Positions 23,501-36,600 of a DNA stretch of 64,000 bases are shown here, one piece after another. The position numbers were made by a program, and so were the translations under genes. The stretch is taken from assembly GCA_039621445.1 (NCBI GenBank), contig CP154954.1, positions 34,197,737 through 34,261,736 on the forward strand. Reading direction: 5' to 3'. How positions within the stretch are numbered: position 1 is the stretch's first letter; each line of letters starts with the position of its first letter. Under the pieces are notes generated by a model that was not told the DNA's origin, searched no databases, and saw only the letters and a program-made list of their open reading frames with translations. The stretch is from Euglena gracilis. Its lineage: Eukaryota.

Positions 23501-26500
23501 TCCTTTATCTAACTGTTGCGAAGGGCGGCGGGCGGATATCCGCAATTTTGCCCGCTGCGGGCGTGCGTGAAACGCAGCCGTTACCGCCCGGGAGGCGCAA
23601 AATAGCACGTAAGTAACGGACGTCCCCAGAAACGACATTTTTCGGCCGTTTTCGGCCGAAATCGGGTGCGCCGGCGCTCCAAAAACGAGCGGTCTGCGCC
23701 GGCTAGAGGTCGGCGATCCTGTACCTAACTGTTGCAAAGGGCGGCGGGCGGAAAGCCGCAATTTTGCTCGCGGCGGGCGTGCGTAAATCACAGCCGTTAC
23801 CGCCCGGGAGGCGCAAAATAGCTCGTAAGTAACGAACGCCCCCCAGAAACGTCATTTTTCGGCCGTTTTCGGCCGGAATCGGCTGCGCCGGCGCTCCAAA
23901 AACGAGCGCTCTGCCCCGGCTAGAGGTCGGCGATCCTGTACCTAACTGTTGCGAAGGGCGGCGGGCCGAAAGCCGCAATTTTGCTCGCGGCGGGCGTGCG
24001 TAAAACGCAGCCGTTACCGCCGGCAGGCGCAAAATAGCACGTAAGTAACGGACGTCCCCAGAAACGTCATTTTTCGGCCCTTTTCGGCCGAAATCGGCTG
24101 CGCCGGCGCTCCAAAAACGAGCGGTCTGCCCCGGCTAGAGGTCGCGATCCTGTACCTAACTGTTGCAAAGGGCGGCGGGCGGATAGCCGCAATTTTGCCC
24201 GCGGCGGGCGTGCCTAAAACGCAGCCGTTACCGCCCGGGAGGCGCAAAATAGCACGTAAGTAACGGACATCCCGAGAAACGTCATTTTCGGCCGTTTTCG
24301 GCCGAAATCGGCTGCGCCGCCGCTCCAAGAACGAGCGGTCTGCCCCGGCTAGAGGTCGGCGATCCTGTACCTAACTGTTGCGCAGGGCGGCGGGCGGATA
24401 GCCGCAATTTTGCCCGCGGCGGGCGTGCGTAAAACGCAGCCGTTACCGCCCGTGAGGCGCAAAATAGCACGTAAGTAACCGACGCCCCCGAAAAACGTCA
24501 TTTTTCGGCCGTTTTCGGCCGAAATCGGCTGCACCGGCGCTCCTAAAACGTGCGCTCTGCCCCGGCTAGAGGTCGGCGATCCTTTACCTAACTGTTGCGA
24601 AGGGCGGCGGGCGGATAGCCGCAATTTTGCCCGCGGCGGGCGTGCGTAAAACGCAGCCGTTACCGCCCGTGAGGCGCAAAATAGCACGTAAGTAACCGAC
24701 GCCCCCGAAAAACGTCATTTTTCGGCCGTTTTCGGCCGAAATCGGCTGCACCGGCGCTCCTAAAACGTGCGCTCTGCCCCGGCTAGAGGTCGGCGATCCT
24801 TTAACTAACTGTTGCGAAGGGCGGCAGGCGGATAGCCGCAATTTTGCTCGCAGCGGGCGTGCGTAAAACACAGCCGTTACCGCCGGGAGGCGCAAAATAG
24901 CACGTAAGTAACGGACGTCCCCAGAAACGTCATTTTTCGGCCGTTTTCAGCCGAAATCGGCTGCGCCGCCGCTCAAAAAACGAGCGGTCTGCCCGGGCTA
25001 GAGGTCGGCGATCCTGTACCTAACTGTTGCGAAGGGCGGCGGGCGGATAGCCGCAATTTTGCTCGCGGCGGGCGTGCGTAAAACGCAGCCGTTACCGCCG
25101 GCAGGCGCAAAATAGCACGTAAGTAACGGACGCCCCCAGAAACGTCATTTTTCGGCGATTTTCGGCCGAAATTGGCTGCGCCGGCGCTCCAAAAACGAGC
25201 GGTCTGCCCCGGCTAGAGGTCGGCGATCCTGTACCTAACTGTTGCGAAGAGCTGCGAGTGGAAAGCCGCAATTTTGCTCGCGGCGGGCGTGCGTAAAACG
25301 CAGCCGTTACCGCCCGGGAGGCGCAAAATAGCACGTAAGTAACGGACGCCCCCAGAAACGTCATTTTCGGCCGTTTTCGGCCGAAATCGGCTGCGCCGGC
25401 GCTCCAAAAACGAGCGGTCTGCCCCGGCTAGAGGTCGGCGATCCTTTACCTAACTGTTGCGAAGGGCGGCGGGCGGATAGCCGCAATTTTGCCCGCGGCG
25501 GGCGTGCGTAAAACACAGCCGTTACCGCCCGGGAGGCGCAAAATAGCACGTAAGTAACGGACGCCCCCAGAAACGTCATTTTTCGGCCGTTTTCGGCCGA
25601 AATCGGCTGCGCCGGCGCTCCAAAAACGAGCGCTCTGCCCCGGCTAGAGGTCGGTGATCCTTTACCAAACTGTTGTGAAGGGCGGCGGGCGGATAGCCGC
25701 AATTTTGCCCGCGGCGGGCGTGCGTAAAACGCAGCCGTTACCGCCGGGAGGCGCAAAATAGCACGTAAGTAACGGACGCCCCCAGAAACGTCATTTCGTG
25801 GCCGTTTTCGGCCGAAATCGGCTGCGCCGGCGCTCCAAAAAGGAGCGCTCCGCCCCGGCTAGAGGTCGGCGATCCTTTACCTAACTGTTGCGAAGGGCGG
25901 CGGGCGGATAGCCGCAATGTTCCTCGCGGCGGGCGTGCGTAAAACGCAGCCGTTACCGCCCGGGAGGCGCAAAATAGCACGTAAGTAACGGACGTCCCCA
26001 GAAACGTCATTTTTCGGCCGTTTTCGGCCGAAATCGGCTGCGCCGGCGCTCCAAAAACGAGCGGTCTGCCCCGGCTAGAGGTCGGCGATCCTGTACCTAA
26101 CTGTTGCGAAGGGCGGCAGGCGGATAGCCACAATTTTGCCCGCAGCGGGCGTGCGTAAAACACAGCCGTTACCGCCGGGAGGCGCAAAATAGGACGTAAG
26201 TAACGGACGCCCCCAGAAACGTCATTTTTCGGCCGTTTTCGGCCGAAATCGGCTGCGCCGGCGCTCCAAAGACGAGCGCTCTGCCCCGGCTAGAGGTCGG
26301 CGATCCTTTACCTAACTGTTGCGAAGGGCGGTGGGCGGATAGCTGCATTTTGCCCGCGGCGGGCGTGCGTAAAACGCAGCAGTTACCGCCGGGAGGCGCA
26401 AAATAGCACGTAAGTAACGGACGCCCCCGAAAAACGTCATTTTTCCGCCGTTTTCGTCCGAAATCGGCTGCGCCGGCGCTCCAAAAACGAGTGCTGTGCC

Positions 26501-27041
26501 CCGGCTAGGGGTCGGCGATCCTTTCCCTAACTGTTGCGAAGGGCGGCGGGCGGATAGCCGCAATTTTGCCCGCGGCCGGCGTGCGTAAAACGCAGCCGTT
26601 ACCACCCGGGAGGTGCAAAATAGCACGTAAGTCTCCGACGCCCCCCAGAAACGTCATTTTCCGGCCGTTTTCGGCCGAAATCGGCTGCGCCGGAGCTCCA
26701 AAAACGAGCGCTCTGCCCCGGCTAAAAGTCGGCGATCCTTTACCTAACTGTTGCGAAGGGCGGCGGGCGGATAGCCGCAATTTTGCCCGCGGCCGGCGTG
26801 AGTAAAATGCAGCCGTTACCGCCCGGGAGGTGCAAACTAGCACGTAAGTAACGGACGCCCCCAGAAACGTCATTTTTCGGCCGTTTTCGGCCGAAATCGG
26901 CTGCGCCGGCGCTCCAAAAACGAGCGCTCTGCCCCGGCCAGAGGTCGGCGCTCCTTTACCTAACTGTTGCGAAGGGCGGCGGGCGGATAGCCGCAATTTT
27001 GCCCGCGGCGGGCGTGAGTAAAACGCAGCCGTTACCGCCCG

Positions 27042-27270
27042 CCTGCCGGGTCATCAAATACAGAGGTAGGTGACAGGTCAGGGACTACGAGGTAGGTGAC
27101 AATTTCCTGGGAGGGGGTCCGGTCCAGAGGGAAAAAATGAAGCTTTCGACCCCCTGGCCCAGAAACCCCCCAAAAATGCATGAATAATTTTTTTCATTTT
27201 TGGGTCAAACATTTGAAAATAAAAAAATCCACTCAATTCTCCAGGTGACGGGTACAGAGATAGGAGAGAG
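27042..27270. repeat. Insert X copy 2 (229 bp)
   Basis: Apparently identical to 8986-9214 and at the same monomer site. Confidence 0.92.
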
Positions 27271-27702
27271 GGAGGCGCAAAATAGCACGCAAGTAACGGA
27301 CGCCCCCAGACACGACATTTTTCGGCCGTTTTCGGCCGAAATCGGCTGCGCCGGCGCTCCAAAAACGAGCGCTCTGCCCCGGCTAGAGGTCGGCGATCCT
27401 TTACCTAACTGTTGCGAAGGGCGGCCGGCGGATAGCCGCAACATTGCCCGCGGCGGGCGTGCGTAAAACGCAGCCGTTACCGCCCGGGAGGTGCAAAATA
27501 GCACGTAAGTAACGGACGTCCCCAGAAACGTCATTTCTTGGCCGTTTTCGGCCGAAATCGGCTGCGCCGGCGCTCCAAAAACGAGCGCTCTGCCCCGGCC
27601 AGAGGTCGGCGCTCCTTTACTTAACTGTTGCGAAGGGCGGCGGGTGGATAGCCGCAATTTTGCCCGCGGCGGGCGTGCATAAAACGCAGCCGTTACCGCC
27701 CG

Positions 27703-27932
27703 CCTGCCAGGTCATCAAATAGAGAGGTAGGTGACAGGTCAGGGACTACGGAGGTAGGTGACAATTTCTGGGAGGGGGTCCGGTCCAGAGGGAAAAAATG
27801 AAGCTTTCGACCCCCTGGCCCAGAAACCCCCCAAAAAAGCATGAATGATTTTTTTTCATTTTTGGGTCAAACATTTGAAAATAAAAAAATCCACTCAATT
27901 CTCCAGGTGACGGGTACAGAGATAGGGAAGAG
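27703..27932. repeat. Insert X copy 3 (230 bp, diverged)
   Basis: Same monomer site, 661 bp after copy 2; about 9 differences from copies 1 and 2. Confidence 0.92.
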
Positions 27933-28797
27933 GGAGGCGCAAAATAGCACGCAAGTAACGGACGCCCCCAGACACGTCATTTTTCGGCCGTTTTCGGCCG
28001 AAATCGGCTGCGCCGGCGCTCCAAAAACGAGCGCTCTGCCCCGGCTAGAGGTCGGCGATCCTTTACCTAACTGTTGCGAAGGGCGGCGGGCGGATAGCCG
28101 CAATTTTGCCCGCGGCGGGCGTGCGTAAAACGCAGCCGTTACCGCCCGGGAGGTGCAAAATAGCACGTAAGTAACCGACGCCCCCCAGAAACGTCATTTT
28201 TCGGCCGTTTTCGGCCGAAATCGGCTGCGCCGGCGCTCCAAAAACGAGCGGTCTGCCCCGGCTAAAGGTCGGCGATCCTTTACCTAACTGTTGTGAAGGG
28301 CGGATGGCGGATAGCCGCAATTTTGCCCGCGGCGGGCGTGCGTAAAACGCAGCCGTTACCGCCCGGGAGGCGCAAACTAGCACGTAAGTAACGGACGCCC
28401 CCAGAAACGTCATTTATTGGCCGTTTTCGGCCGAAATCGGCTGCGCCGGCACTCCAAAAACGAGCGCTCTGCCCCGGCTAGAGGTCGGCGATTCTTTACC
28501 TAACTGTTGCGAAAGGCGGCGGGCGGATAGCCGCAATTTTGCCCGCGGCGGGCGTGCGCAAAACGCAGCGGTTACCGCCCGGGACGTGCAAAATAGCACG
28601 TAAGTATCCGACGCCCCCAGAAACGTCATTTCTTGGCCGATATTTTCGGCCAAAAACCGGCTGCGCCGGCGCTCCAAAAACGAGCGCTCTGCCCCGGCTA
28701 GCGGTCGGCGCTCCTTTACCTAACTGTTGCGAAGGGCGGCGGGCGGATAGCCGCAATTTTGCCCGCGGCGGGCGTGCGTAAAACGCAGCCGTTACCG

Positions 28798-29034
28798 TGT
28801 GGGTCCGCGCAGATTCCTAATTACACCTGCTGCCTTACTTTGCAGGTGGCAAGGGTCATGTACTGTTTGCGTTGAGTATGATTACTGCTTTTATTTTACA
28901 TTGCCAGTGATCTGGGAAGGTTGGAAAGGCAGAAAAGATCAAGTTTTTGACAAGTTCAGATATCAATGAAAAAGTCCAGATTGGAGATTGCAATGCCAAG
29001 GAAAAGGCCATCTGGGCCAGGGCCCCCGCCCTCA
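28798..29034 (+). repeat. 5' LTR of element copy 2
   Basis: TGTGGG...CCCTCA; direct repeat of 29791-30026. Confidence 0.9.
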
Positions 29035-29045
29035 CAAACAGTACA
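29035..29045 (+). promoter_or_regulatory. Putative self-priming primer-binding site, copy 2
   Basis: CAAACAGTACA, complementary to TGTACTGTTTG at 28859-28869. Confidence 0.7.
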
Positions 29046-29778
29046 ACTCCCGTACAAACAGACAAGCCAAGATTATTACCACCAAGGGCGCCAATGGCCT
29101 GAGAAGAGCAAATGGAATCCGGCCAGCAAATCTCAGAAGTCAAGTCTGAAAGGAGAGAAAATGTCAAAGGATGTGTCTGACATGGCCACGCATGTGACAT
29201 CGCAATCTCCAAGATTGGAACCATCATCTGGGATTACCACTGTGGACAGGGAAGTTCAGACATATGGAGTCAAGCCCAAGCCCAGAACACTCCGGAGACG
29301 GAGGAGGCGGCAGCAGATTGCAGCCGCCAGCCGCCAGCAGGAGTAAGATTTGACAGATTCGTGGGAAGATTTTACATTGCAGGCGGCTGCTGCTGTGGCT
29401 GTGGATGGCCGCGCAATTTCAATTACTGGTGGTCGAATGTGGTCATCGCCGCGTACAGCTGTGGCAATGCCGCTGGCTGCTGCCTCTCTGGTTGTGGGTT
29501 ATCCGAGCCTTTACGCAGAAACCCTCCGCCGTGTGTGATTTGGCGTCGAGGTGGTGGTAATTGGACTTGGGGATTAATGTGGCAAGCTGGTCGAAAAAGG
29601 GGGGAAGGACCAGTTTGCGACAGTTTTTCCAAAGGCTCTGGGGGGATGCTCTGGACGGTTGGGATTCCTTTTCTGTCATTGAGGCATCAATGTTGGCAAG
29701 GGCACCCCAACGACACCCAGGGGCTCCCAGCGCTCACTGGCCTACGGTGTTGTGTGACCTTGGCGCTGACAACGTCTT

Positions 29779-29790
29779 GAAGCAGGGGGG
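29779..29790 (+). promoter_or_regulatory. Polypurine tract of element copy 2
   Basis: GAAGCAGGGGGG directly before the 3' LTR. Confidence 0.75.
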
Positions 29791-30026
29791 TGTAGGTTCG
29801 CGCAGATTCCTAAATACACCTGCTGCCTTACTTTGCAGGTGGCAAGGGTCATGTACTGTTTGCGTGGAGTATGAGTACTGCGTTTATTTTACATTGCCAG
29901 TGATCTGGGAAAGTTGCAAGGCAGAAAAGATCAATTTTTTGACAAGTTCAGATATCACTGAAAAAGTCCAGATTCGAGATTGCAATGCCAAGGAAAAGGC
30001 CATCTGGGCCAGGGTCCCCGCCCTCA
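29791..30026 (+). repeat. 3' LTR of element copy 2
   Basis: TGTAGG...CCCTCA followed by ACCG. Confidence 0.9.
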
Positions 30027-30613
30027 ACCGCCCGGGAGGTGCAAAATAGCACGTAAGTAACGGACGCCCCCAAAACGTCATTTTTCGGCCGTTTTCAGCC
30101 GAAATCGGCTGCGCCGGCGCTCCAAAAACGAGCGCTCTGCCCCGGCTAGAGGTCCGGGATCCTTTACCTAACTGTTGCGAAGAGCGGCGGCAGATAGCTG
30201 CATTTTTGCCAGTTGCGGGCGTGCGTAAAACGCAGCCGTTACCGCCCGGGAGGCGCAAAATAGCACGTAAGTAACCGACGCCCCCCAGAAACGTCATTTT
30301 TCGGCCGTTTTCGGCCGAAATCGGCTGCTCCGGCGATCCAAAAACGAGCGCTCTGCCCCGGCTAGAGGTCGGCGCTCCTTTACCTAACTGTTGCGAAGGA
30401 CGGCGGCCGATAGCCGCAATTTTGCCCGCGGCGGGCGTGCGTAAAACGCAGCCGTTACCGCCCGGGAGGCGCAAAATAGCACGTAAGTAACGGACGCCCG
30501 CAGAAACGTCATTTTTCGGCCGTTTTCGGCCGAAATCGGCTGCGCCGGCGCTCCAAAAACGAGCGCTCTGCCCCGGCTAGAGGTCGGCGCTCCTTTACCT
30601 AACTGTTGCGAAG

Positions 30614-33600
30614 TGGAAAATGTCTCCCGGAATGGTCCAATGCACCCATCTAAGTGTGCTCATTTCCTGCAACCAACATTCCTGCTGCATGTTTTCCTTA
30701 CCATTAAACCACGACAATCATGAAACCAACGGGTTCCCTGACTTTGAAGGCCTCCTGGAACACCCATTCGGTTACTCGGAGTAAGGCCGATTTTGGACCA
30801 TTTTTACATGGTAACCTGGGCTGACCTGGTAAACGTCCCCCGGAATGGTCGAATGCACCCAGCTAATTGTGCTCATTTCTTGCAACCAACACTCCTGCTG
30901 CACGTGTTTCTTAGCAATAAACCAAGACAATCATGAAACCAACGTGTCCCCTGACTTGGGCCTCCTGGAACACCCATCCGGTTACTCGGAGTAAGGCCCA
31001 TTTTGGACCATTTTTACATGGTAAGCTGGGCTGACCTAGAAAATGTCTCCCGGAATGGTCGAATGCACCCATCTAAATGTGCTCATTTCTTGCAACCAAC
31101 ATTCCCGCTGCATGTTTTTCTTACCATTAAACCACGACAATCATGAAACCAACGGGTCCCCTGACTTTGGAGGACTCCTGGAACACCCATCCGGTTACTC
31201 GAAGTAAGGCCCATTTTGGTCCATTTTTACATGGTAACCTGGGCTGAACTGGTAAAAGTCCCCCGGAATGGTCGAATGCACCCATCTAAATGTGCTCGTT
31301 TCTTGCCAGCAACATTTCCGCTGCATGTTTTTATTACCATTAAACCACAAAAATCATGAAACTAACGGGTACCCTGACTTTGGAGGCCTCCTGGAACACC
31401 CATTCGGTTACTCGGAGTAAGGCCCATTTTGGTCCATTTTTACATGGTAACCTGGGCTGACCTGGAAAATGTCTCCCGGAATGGTCCAATGCACCCATCT
31501 AAATGTGCTCATTTCTTGCAACCAACATTCCCGCTGCATGTTTTTCTTACCATTAAACCACTACATTCATGAAAACAACGGGTCCCCAGACTTTGGAGGC
31601 CTCCTGGAACACCCATTCGGTTACTCGGAGTAAGGCCCATTTTGGTCCATTTTTACATGGTAACCTGGGCTGACCTAGAAAATGTCTCCCGGAATGGTCG
31701 AATGCACCCATCTAAATGTGCTCAGTTCTTGCAACCAACATTCCCGCTGCATGTTTTTCTTACCATTAAAGCACGAAAATCATGAAACCAACGGGTCCCC
31801 TGACTTTGGAGGACTCCTGGAACACCCATCCGGTTACTCGAAGTAAGGCCCATTTTGGTCCATTTTTACATGGTAACCTTGGCTGAACTGGTAAAAGTCC
31901 CCCGGAATGGTCGAATGCACCCGGCTAATTGTGCTCGTTTCTTGCCAGCAACATTTCCGCTGCCTGTTTTTCTTACCATTAAACCACGACAATCGTGAAA
32001 CCAACGGGTCCTCTGACTTTGGAGGCCTCCTGGAACACCCATTCGGTTACTCCGAGTAAGGCCAATTTTGGTCCATTTTTACATCGTAACCTGGGCTGAC
32101 CTGGTAAATGTCCCCCGGAATGGTCGAATGCCCCCGTCTAAATGTGCTCATTTCTTGCAACCAACGTTCCTGCTGCATGTTTTTCTTACCATTAAACCAC
32201 GACAATCATGAAACCAACGGGCCCCCTGACTTTGCAGGCCTCCTGGGACACCCATTCGGTTACTCGGAGTAAGGCCCATTTTGGTGCATTTTTACATGGT
32301 AACCTGGGCTGACCTGGTGAATGTCCCCCAGAATGGTCGAATGCACCCATCTAAATGTGCTCATTTCTTGCAACCAACATTACCGCCGCATGTTTTTCCT
32401 ACCATTAAATCACGACAATCATGAAACCAACGGGTCCCCTGACTTTAGAGGCCTCCTGGAACACCCATTCGGTTACTCGGAGTAAGGCCCATTTTGGTCC
32501 ATTTTTACATGGTAACCTGGGCAGACCTGGTAAATGTCCCCCGGAATGGTCGAGTGCCCCCATCTAAATGTGCTCGTTTCTTGCCAGCAACATTTCCGCT
32601 GCATGTTTTTATTACCATTAAACCACAAAAATCATGAAACTAACGGGTACCCTGACTTTGGAGGCCTCCTGGAACACCCATTCGGTTACTCGGAGTAAGG
32701 CCCATTTTGGTCCATTTTTACATGGTAACCTGGGCTGACCTGGAAAATGTCTCCCGGAATGGTCCAATGCACCCATCTAAATGTGCTCATTTCTTGCAAC
32801 CAACATTCCCGCTGCATGTTTTTCTTACCATTAAACCACTACATTCATGAAAACAACGGGTCCCCAGACTTTGGAGGCCTCCTGGAACACCCATTCGGTT
32901 ACTCGGAGTAAGGCCCATTTTGGTCCATTTTTACATGGTAACCTGGGCTGACCTAGAAAATGTCTCCCGGAATGGTCGAATGCACCCATCTAAATGTGCT
33001 CAGTTCTTGCAACCAACATTCCCGCTGCATGTTTTTCTTACCATTAAAGCACGAAAATCATGAAACCAACGGGTCCCCTGACTTTGGAGGACTCCTGGAA
33101 CACCCATCCGGTTACTCGAAGTAAGGCCCATTTTGGTCCATTTTTACATGGTAACCTTGGCTGAACTGGTAAAAGTCCCCCGGAATGGTCGAATGCACCC
33201 GGCTAATTGTGCTCGTTTCTTGCCAGCAACATTTCCGCTGCCTGTTTTTCTTACCATTAAACCACGACAATCATGAAACCAAAGGATCCCCTGACTTTGG
33301 AGGCCTCCTGGAACACCCATTCGGTTACTCGGAGTAAGGCCCATTTTGGTCCATTTTTACATGGTAACCTGGGCTGACCTGGAAAATGTCCCCCGGAATG
33401 GTCGAGTGCCCCCGTCTAAATGTGCTCATTTCTTGCAACCAACGTTCCTGCTGCTTTTTTTTCTACCATTAAACCACGACAATCATGAAACCAACGGGTC
33501 CCATGACTTTAGAGGCCTCCTGGAATACCCATTCGGTTACTCGGAGTAAGGCCCATTTTGCTCCATTTTTACATGGTAACCTGGGCTGACCTGGAAAATG

Positions 33601-36600
33601 TCCCCCGGAATGGTCGAGTGCCCCCGTCTAAATGTGCTCATTTCTTGCAACCAACATTCCTGCTGAATGTTATTTTTTACCATTAAACCACGACAATCAT
33701 GAAACCAACGGGACCCATGACTTTGGAGGCCTCCTGGAACACCCATTCGGTTACTCGGAGTATGGCCCATTTTGGTCCAATTTTATATGGTAACCTGGGC
33801 TGACCTGGTAAATGTCCCCCGGAATGGTCGAATGCACCCATCTAAATGTGCTCATTTCTTGCAACCAACATTCCTGCTGAATGTTTTTCTTACCATTAAA
33901 CCACGACAATCGTGAAACCAACGGGTCCCCTGACTTTGGAGGCCTCCTGGAACACCCATTCGGTTACTCGGAGTAAGGCCAATTTGGTCCATTTTTACAT
34001 GGTAACCTGGGCTGACCTGGTAAATGTCCCCCGGAATGGTCGAATGCCCCCGTCTAAATGTGCTCATTTCTTGCAACCAACGTTCCTGCTGCATGTTTTT
34101 CTTACCATTAAACCACGACAATCATGAAACCAACGGGCCCCCTGACTTTGCAGGCCTCCTGGGACACCCATTCGGTTACTCGGAGTAAGGCCCATTTTGG
34201 TGCATTTTTACATGGTAACCTGGGCTGACCTGGTGAATGTCCCCCAGAATGGTCGAATGCACCCATCTAAATGTGCTCATTTCTTGCAACCAACATTACC
34301 GCCGCATGTTTTTCCTACCATTAAATCACGACAATCATGAAACCAACGGGTCCCCTGACTTTGGAGGCCTCCTGGAACACCCATTCGGTTACTCGGAGTA
34401 AGGCCCATTTTGGTCCATTTTTACATGGTAACCTGGGCTGACCTGGTAAATGTCCCCCGGAATGGTCGAATGCACCCATCTAAATGTGCTCATTTCTTGC
34501 AACCAACATTACCGCTGCATGTTTTTCTTACCATTAAACCACAAAAATCATGAAACCAACGGGTCCCCTGACTTTGGAGGCCTCCTGGAACACCCATTCG
34601 GTTACTCGGAGTAAGGCCCATTTTGGTCCATTTTTACACGGTAACCTGGGCTGACCTGGAAAATGTCTCCCGGAATGGTCCAATGCACCCATCTAAATGT
34701 GCTCATTTCTTGCAACCAACATTCCCGCTGCATGTTTTTCTTACCATTAAACCACTACATTCATGAAAACAACGGGTCCCCAGACTTTGGAGGCCTCCTG
34801 GAACACCCATTCGGTTACTCGGAGTAAGGCCCATTTTGGTCCATTTTTACATGGTAACCTGGGCTGACCTAGAAAATGTCTCCCGGAATGGTCGAATGCA
34901 CCCATCTAAATGTGCTCATTTCTTGCAACCAACATTCCCGCTGCATGTTTTTCTTACCATTAAACCACGACAATCATGAAACCAACGGGTCCCCTGACTT
35001 TGGAGGCCTCCTGGAACACCCATTCGGTTACTCGGAGTAAGGCCCATTTTGGTCCATTTTTACATGGTAACCTTGGCTGAACTGGTAAAAGTCCCCCGGA
35101 ATGGTCGAATGCACCCGGCTAATTGTGCTCGTTTCTTGCCAGCAACATTTCCGCTGCCTGTTTTTCTTACCATTAAACCACGACAATCATGAAACCACCG
35201 GGTCCCCTGACTTTGAAGGCCTCCTGGAACACCCATTCGGTTACTCGGAGTAAGGCCCTATTTTGGTCCATTTTTACATGGTAACCTGGGCTGACCTGGA
35301 AAATGTCCCCCGGAATGGTCGAGTGCCCCCGTCTAAATGTGCTCATTTCTTGCAACCAACGTTCCTGCTGCTTTTTTTTCTACCATTAAACCACGACAAT
35401 CATGAAACCAACGGGTCCCCTGACTTTGGAGGCCTCCTGGAACACCCATTCGGTTACTCGGAGTAAGGCCCATTTTGGTCCATTTTTACATGGTAACCTG
35501 GGCTGACCTGGAAAATGTCCCCCGGAATGGTCGAGTGCCCCCGTCTAAATGTGCTCATTTCTTGCAACCAACATTCCTGCTGAATGTTATTTTTTACCAT
35601 TAAACCACGACAATCATGAAACCAACGGGACCCATGACTTTGGAGGCCTCCTGGAACACCCATTCGGTTACTCAGAGTAAAGCCCATTTGGTCCAGTTTT
35701 ATATGGCAACCCGGGCTGACATGGTAAATGTCTCCCGGAATGGTCGAATGCACCCATCTAAATGTGCTCATTTCTTGCAACCAACCTTCCTGCTGCATGT
35801 TTTCCTTACCATTAAACCACGACAATCAGGAAACCAACGGGTCCTCTGACTTTGGAGGCCTCCTGGAACACCCATTCGGTTACTCCGAGTAAGGCCAATT
35901 TTGGTCCATTTTTACATCGTAACCTGGGCTGACCTGGTAAATGTCCCCCGGAATGGTCGAATGCCCCCGTCTAAATGTGCTCATTTCTTGCAACCAACGT
36001 TCCTGCTGCATGTTTTTCTTACCATTAAACCACGACAATCATGAAACCAACGGGTCCCCTGACTTTGGAGGCCTCCTGGAACACCCATTCGGTTACTCGG
36101 AGTAAGGCCCAATTTGGTCCATTTTTACATGGTAACCTGGGCTGACCTGGTAAATGTCCCCCGGAATGGTCGAATGCACCCATCTAAATGTGCTCATTTC
36201 TTGCAACCAACATTACCGCCGCATGTTTTTCCTACCATTAAATCACGACAATCATGAAACCAACGGGTCCCCTGACTTTAGAGGCCTCCTGGAACACCCA
36301 TTCGGTTACTCGGAGTAAGGCCCAATTTGGTCCATTTTTACATGGTAACCTGGGCTGACCTGGTAAATGTCCCCCGGAATGGTCGAATGCACCCATCTAA
36401 ATCTGCTCATTTCTTGCAACCAACGTTCCTGCTGCATGTTTTTCTTACCATTAAACCACGACAATCATGAAACCAACGGGTCCCCTGACTTTGGAGGCCT
36501 CCTGGAACACCCATTCGGTTACTCGGAGTAAGGCCCATTTTGGTCCATTTTTACATGGTAACCTGGGCTGACCTGGTAAATGTCCCCCGGAATGGTCGAA

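Larger units (their letters stand above)
28798..30026 (+). mobile_element. Non-autonomous LTR retrotransposon (TRIM-like), copy 2, 1229 bp
   Basis: Offset 18505 from copy 1 with ~5 substitutions. LTRs at 28798-29034 and 29791-30026; TSD ACCG at 28794-28797 and 30027-30030. Confidence 0.9.
24870..30365. repeat. Segmental duplicate of the diverged block at ~6380-11860
   Basis: Same ordered private monomer variants (e.g. GCCGCCGCTCAAAAAACGAGCGGTCTGCCCGGG, GAGCTGCGAGTGGAAAG, TGCTCCGGCGATCC), same insert X and same LTR element. Boundaries approximate. Confidence 0.88.
1..30613. repeat. Satellite A: tandem array of 216-bp GC/CpG-rich monomers (~127 copies), interrupted by five insertions; runs off the left edge of the window
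   Basis: GCGCTCCAAAAACGAG recurs at 1, 217 and 1081 (5x216). Manual count gives 135/216 G+C. Near-identical monomers at ~1-6380 and ~17500-22000; diverged monomers at ~6380-11860 and ~23400-30613. Confidence 0.99.
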
